Shown one piece after another: positions 62,454 through 64,000 of a stretch of 64,000 nucleotides of DNA. Under the pieces are notes generated by a model, which saw nothing but the letters and a program-made list of their open reading frames with translations, searched no databases and had not been told where the DNA came from. A program made the translations under genes and the position numbers. Within the stretch, counting starts at the first letter, position 1; each line of letters starts with the position of its first letter. Source of the DNA: Acanthaster planci (taxonomy: Eukaryota); NCBI RefSeq assembly GCF_001949145.1, contig NW_019091356.1, positions 4,322,934-4,386,933 of the forward strand, in the 5' to 3' direction.

Positions 62454-64000
62454 CTCAAAAGATTTTCAGATTTGAAATCAAAGTTTGTTATTCACGACCG
62501 ACTGTCCCAGTCTGACTTGGCGAAACAAGGTCAGGCTGTGTTGTTGTTATTCCCACAACGCAAATCGCTATGTGGACTGCACACTAAAGCGATTGTAACG
62601 AGAAACTTTTCAATACACAGGTATGGTGTCTCGAGTCATTACCAGCTAACCATCAACGATTGTTTTGGTGGATTGAAATTTATGCATGACCAATTTTTGG
62701 GTAACACAGTCCGTCGATATTGCTGACCAAGGCTGCAACCACGGTCACTAATCGTACATGTCCTGTATATGTACCATTATTTGCTGGGTTTATTGTGTCG
62801 TTGCTTCAGAGAAAAAAATAGCAATAGGCCTTCAGCCTGGACAAAGTGACCTTGCTCCGTAGGCTGTACGTGTTTGCGCCCAAAGGCAATGCTCTACTAC
62901 TTGAGCGTTTAGTCACAGAACTTTGTGAAATTCCTTTAAATCATAAAAGTTTGCATGTAGTGAAGCGGTGTGTGGTACATATCAAAGTTCTCTATCTGTT
63001 GGTGACAAGGATGAGTGTGTCGTGGTGCTCAGTCTCTGCGACTGATGATGACCGAGTCGGTTCTCCAAACTCCACAGAAAGCTTCACGTATGGGCATAAA
63101 TCTGAGCAAAGGCTCCAGTACAGACTCAACGCATATTTGTCCCGGTTAGTCACAGAGTAAAATGAATTCGATTTTTCGCTGAGCTCACTCTCCCAGATGC
63201 CAGACTTTACATAATAGATGTAGGCCCTACACGATGAGCCTAGGCTATATTATTCCAAAGGACATCAGCAGAGTTCTTGAAGTTTCAAGTCAGCTAACAC
63301 ATATCACACCGGCAGTTGAGATTTCCAACTATATTCTACACCAAGTGAAGTTCGTTTTCGAAATTCTTGAATCATTTTCCTCAAGCCACGATGAGAAGGG
63401 CGCTGAAGACGAATGATGTATTTCGGGTTCAGTCTGAGATGTTGAACCAGGAAATGATGATGGTTATACTTGAATCATCACGAACGCTATACACTCTCCA
63501 TGACACAGCCGCTGAGAATGCGCTTAAGCTTCGAGTTTGTGTGTCTATCTACGCAACAGTGAATGGTCAGTCACCCACTAGGGGTGCACGAGGGGGCCAA
63601 CGAGGAGGGATCAGGGAACAATAGCCGCCTGATTACGTCAGAGACTGCAGCCAAGCTGTGGTATTGTTGAATGCATTGCAATGGTGGGACAATGCACACA
63701 CTGAGTTACAATAGCACATGTACATGTGCATGCTGAGGTTCGGGCTTCAACTTTCTTCCACTATTTGCGGGCTTGCAGTGAGCCGCACTCTAACCTTGGG
63801 GTTAGGTCACGAGTCGGCGCTTCAGCGCTACGGCCTAGGTTTAGTAAACCACAGGATTATGAGTGTCCTGGCAGTAGGCTTACCGATAACGAAACGGCGC
63901 ATAGTTTTGTACTGAAAAAAAAACAAAAAAACGGAAGGACATTCGATTCCCTCGAGATCGGTTCTCACTTCATGAATTGTATCTGTTTATGATTCAAGGT

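Overview
Eukaryotic (animal) genomic DNA with spliced genes. The gene content and repeat types suggest a marine invertebrate, possibly an echinoderm, but that is inference only. Two intact, convergent multi-exon genes were reconstructed by hand, with consistent GT-AG sites and exon phases. (1) Plus strand, about 3.8-52.1 kb: a secretin-family (class B1) GPCR of about 569 aa, most similar in motifs to CRH/DH44-type receptors. It has 11 confidently placed coding exons (27711-52102) plus an upstream exon that contributes only the ATG, for which there are two candidates (3793-3795 and 14722-14724). It is unusually divergent: both cysteines of the TM3-ECL2 disulfide and the TM6 PxxG proline are absent, and two extra stalk cysteines are present. 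(2) Minus strand, 62453-55578: a 13-exon, about 902 aa LRP-like type I membrane protein with a signal peptide, YWTD propeller, EGF, second YWTD propeller, S/T stalk and TM. It has no LDL-A repeats, and its Tyr/Pro-rich tail carries a coding 24-bp minisatellite. Introns and flanks hold a tRNA-derived V-domain SINE with a target-site duplication, several MITE/foldback elements (two families with two copies each), a perfect 76-bp palindrome and simple repeats. Most ORF-track entries are not genes.
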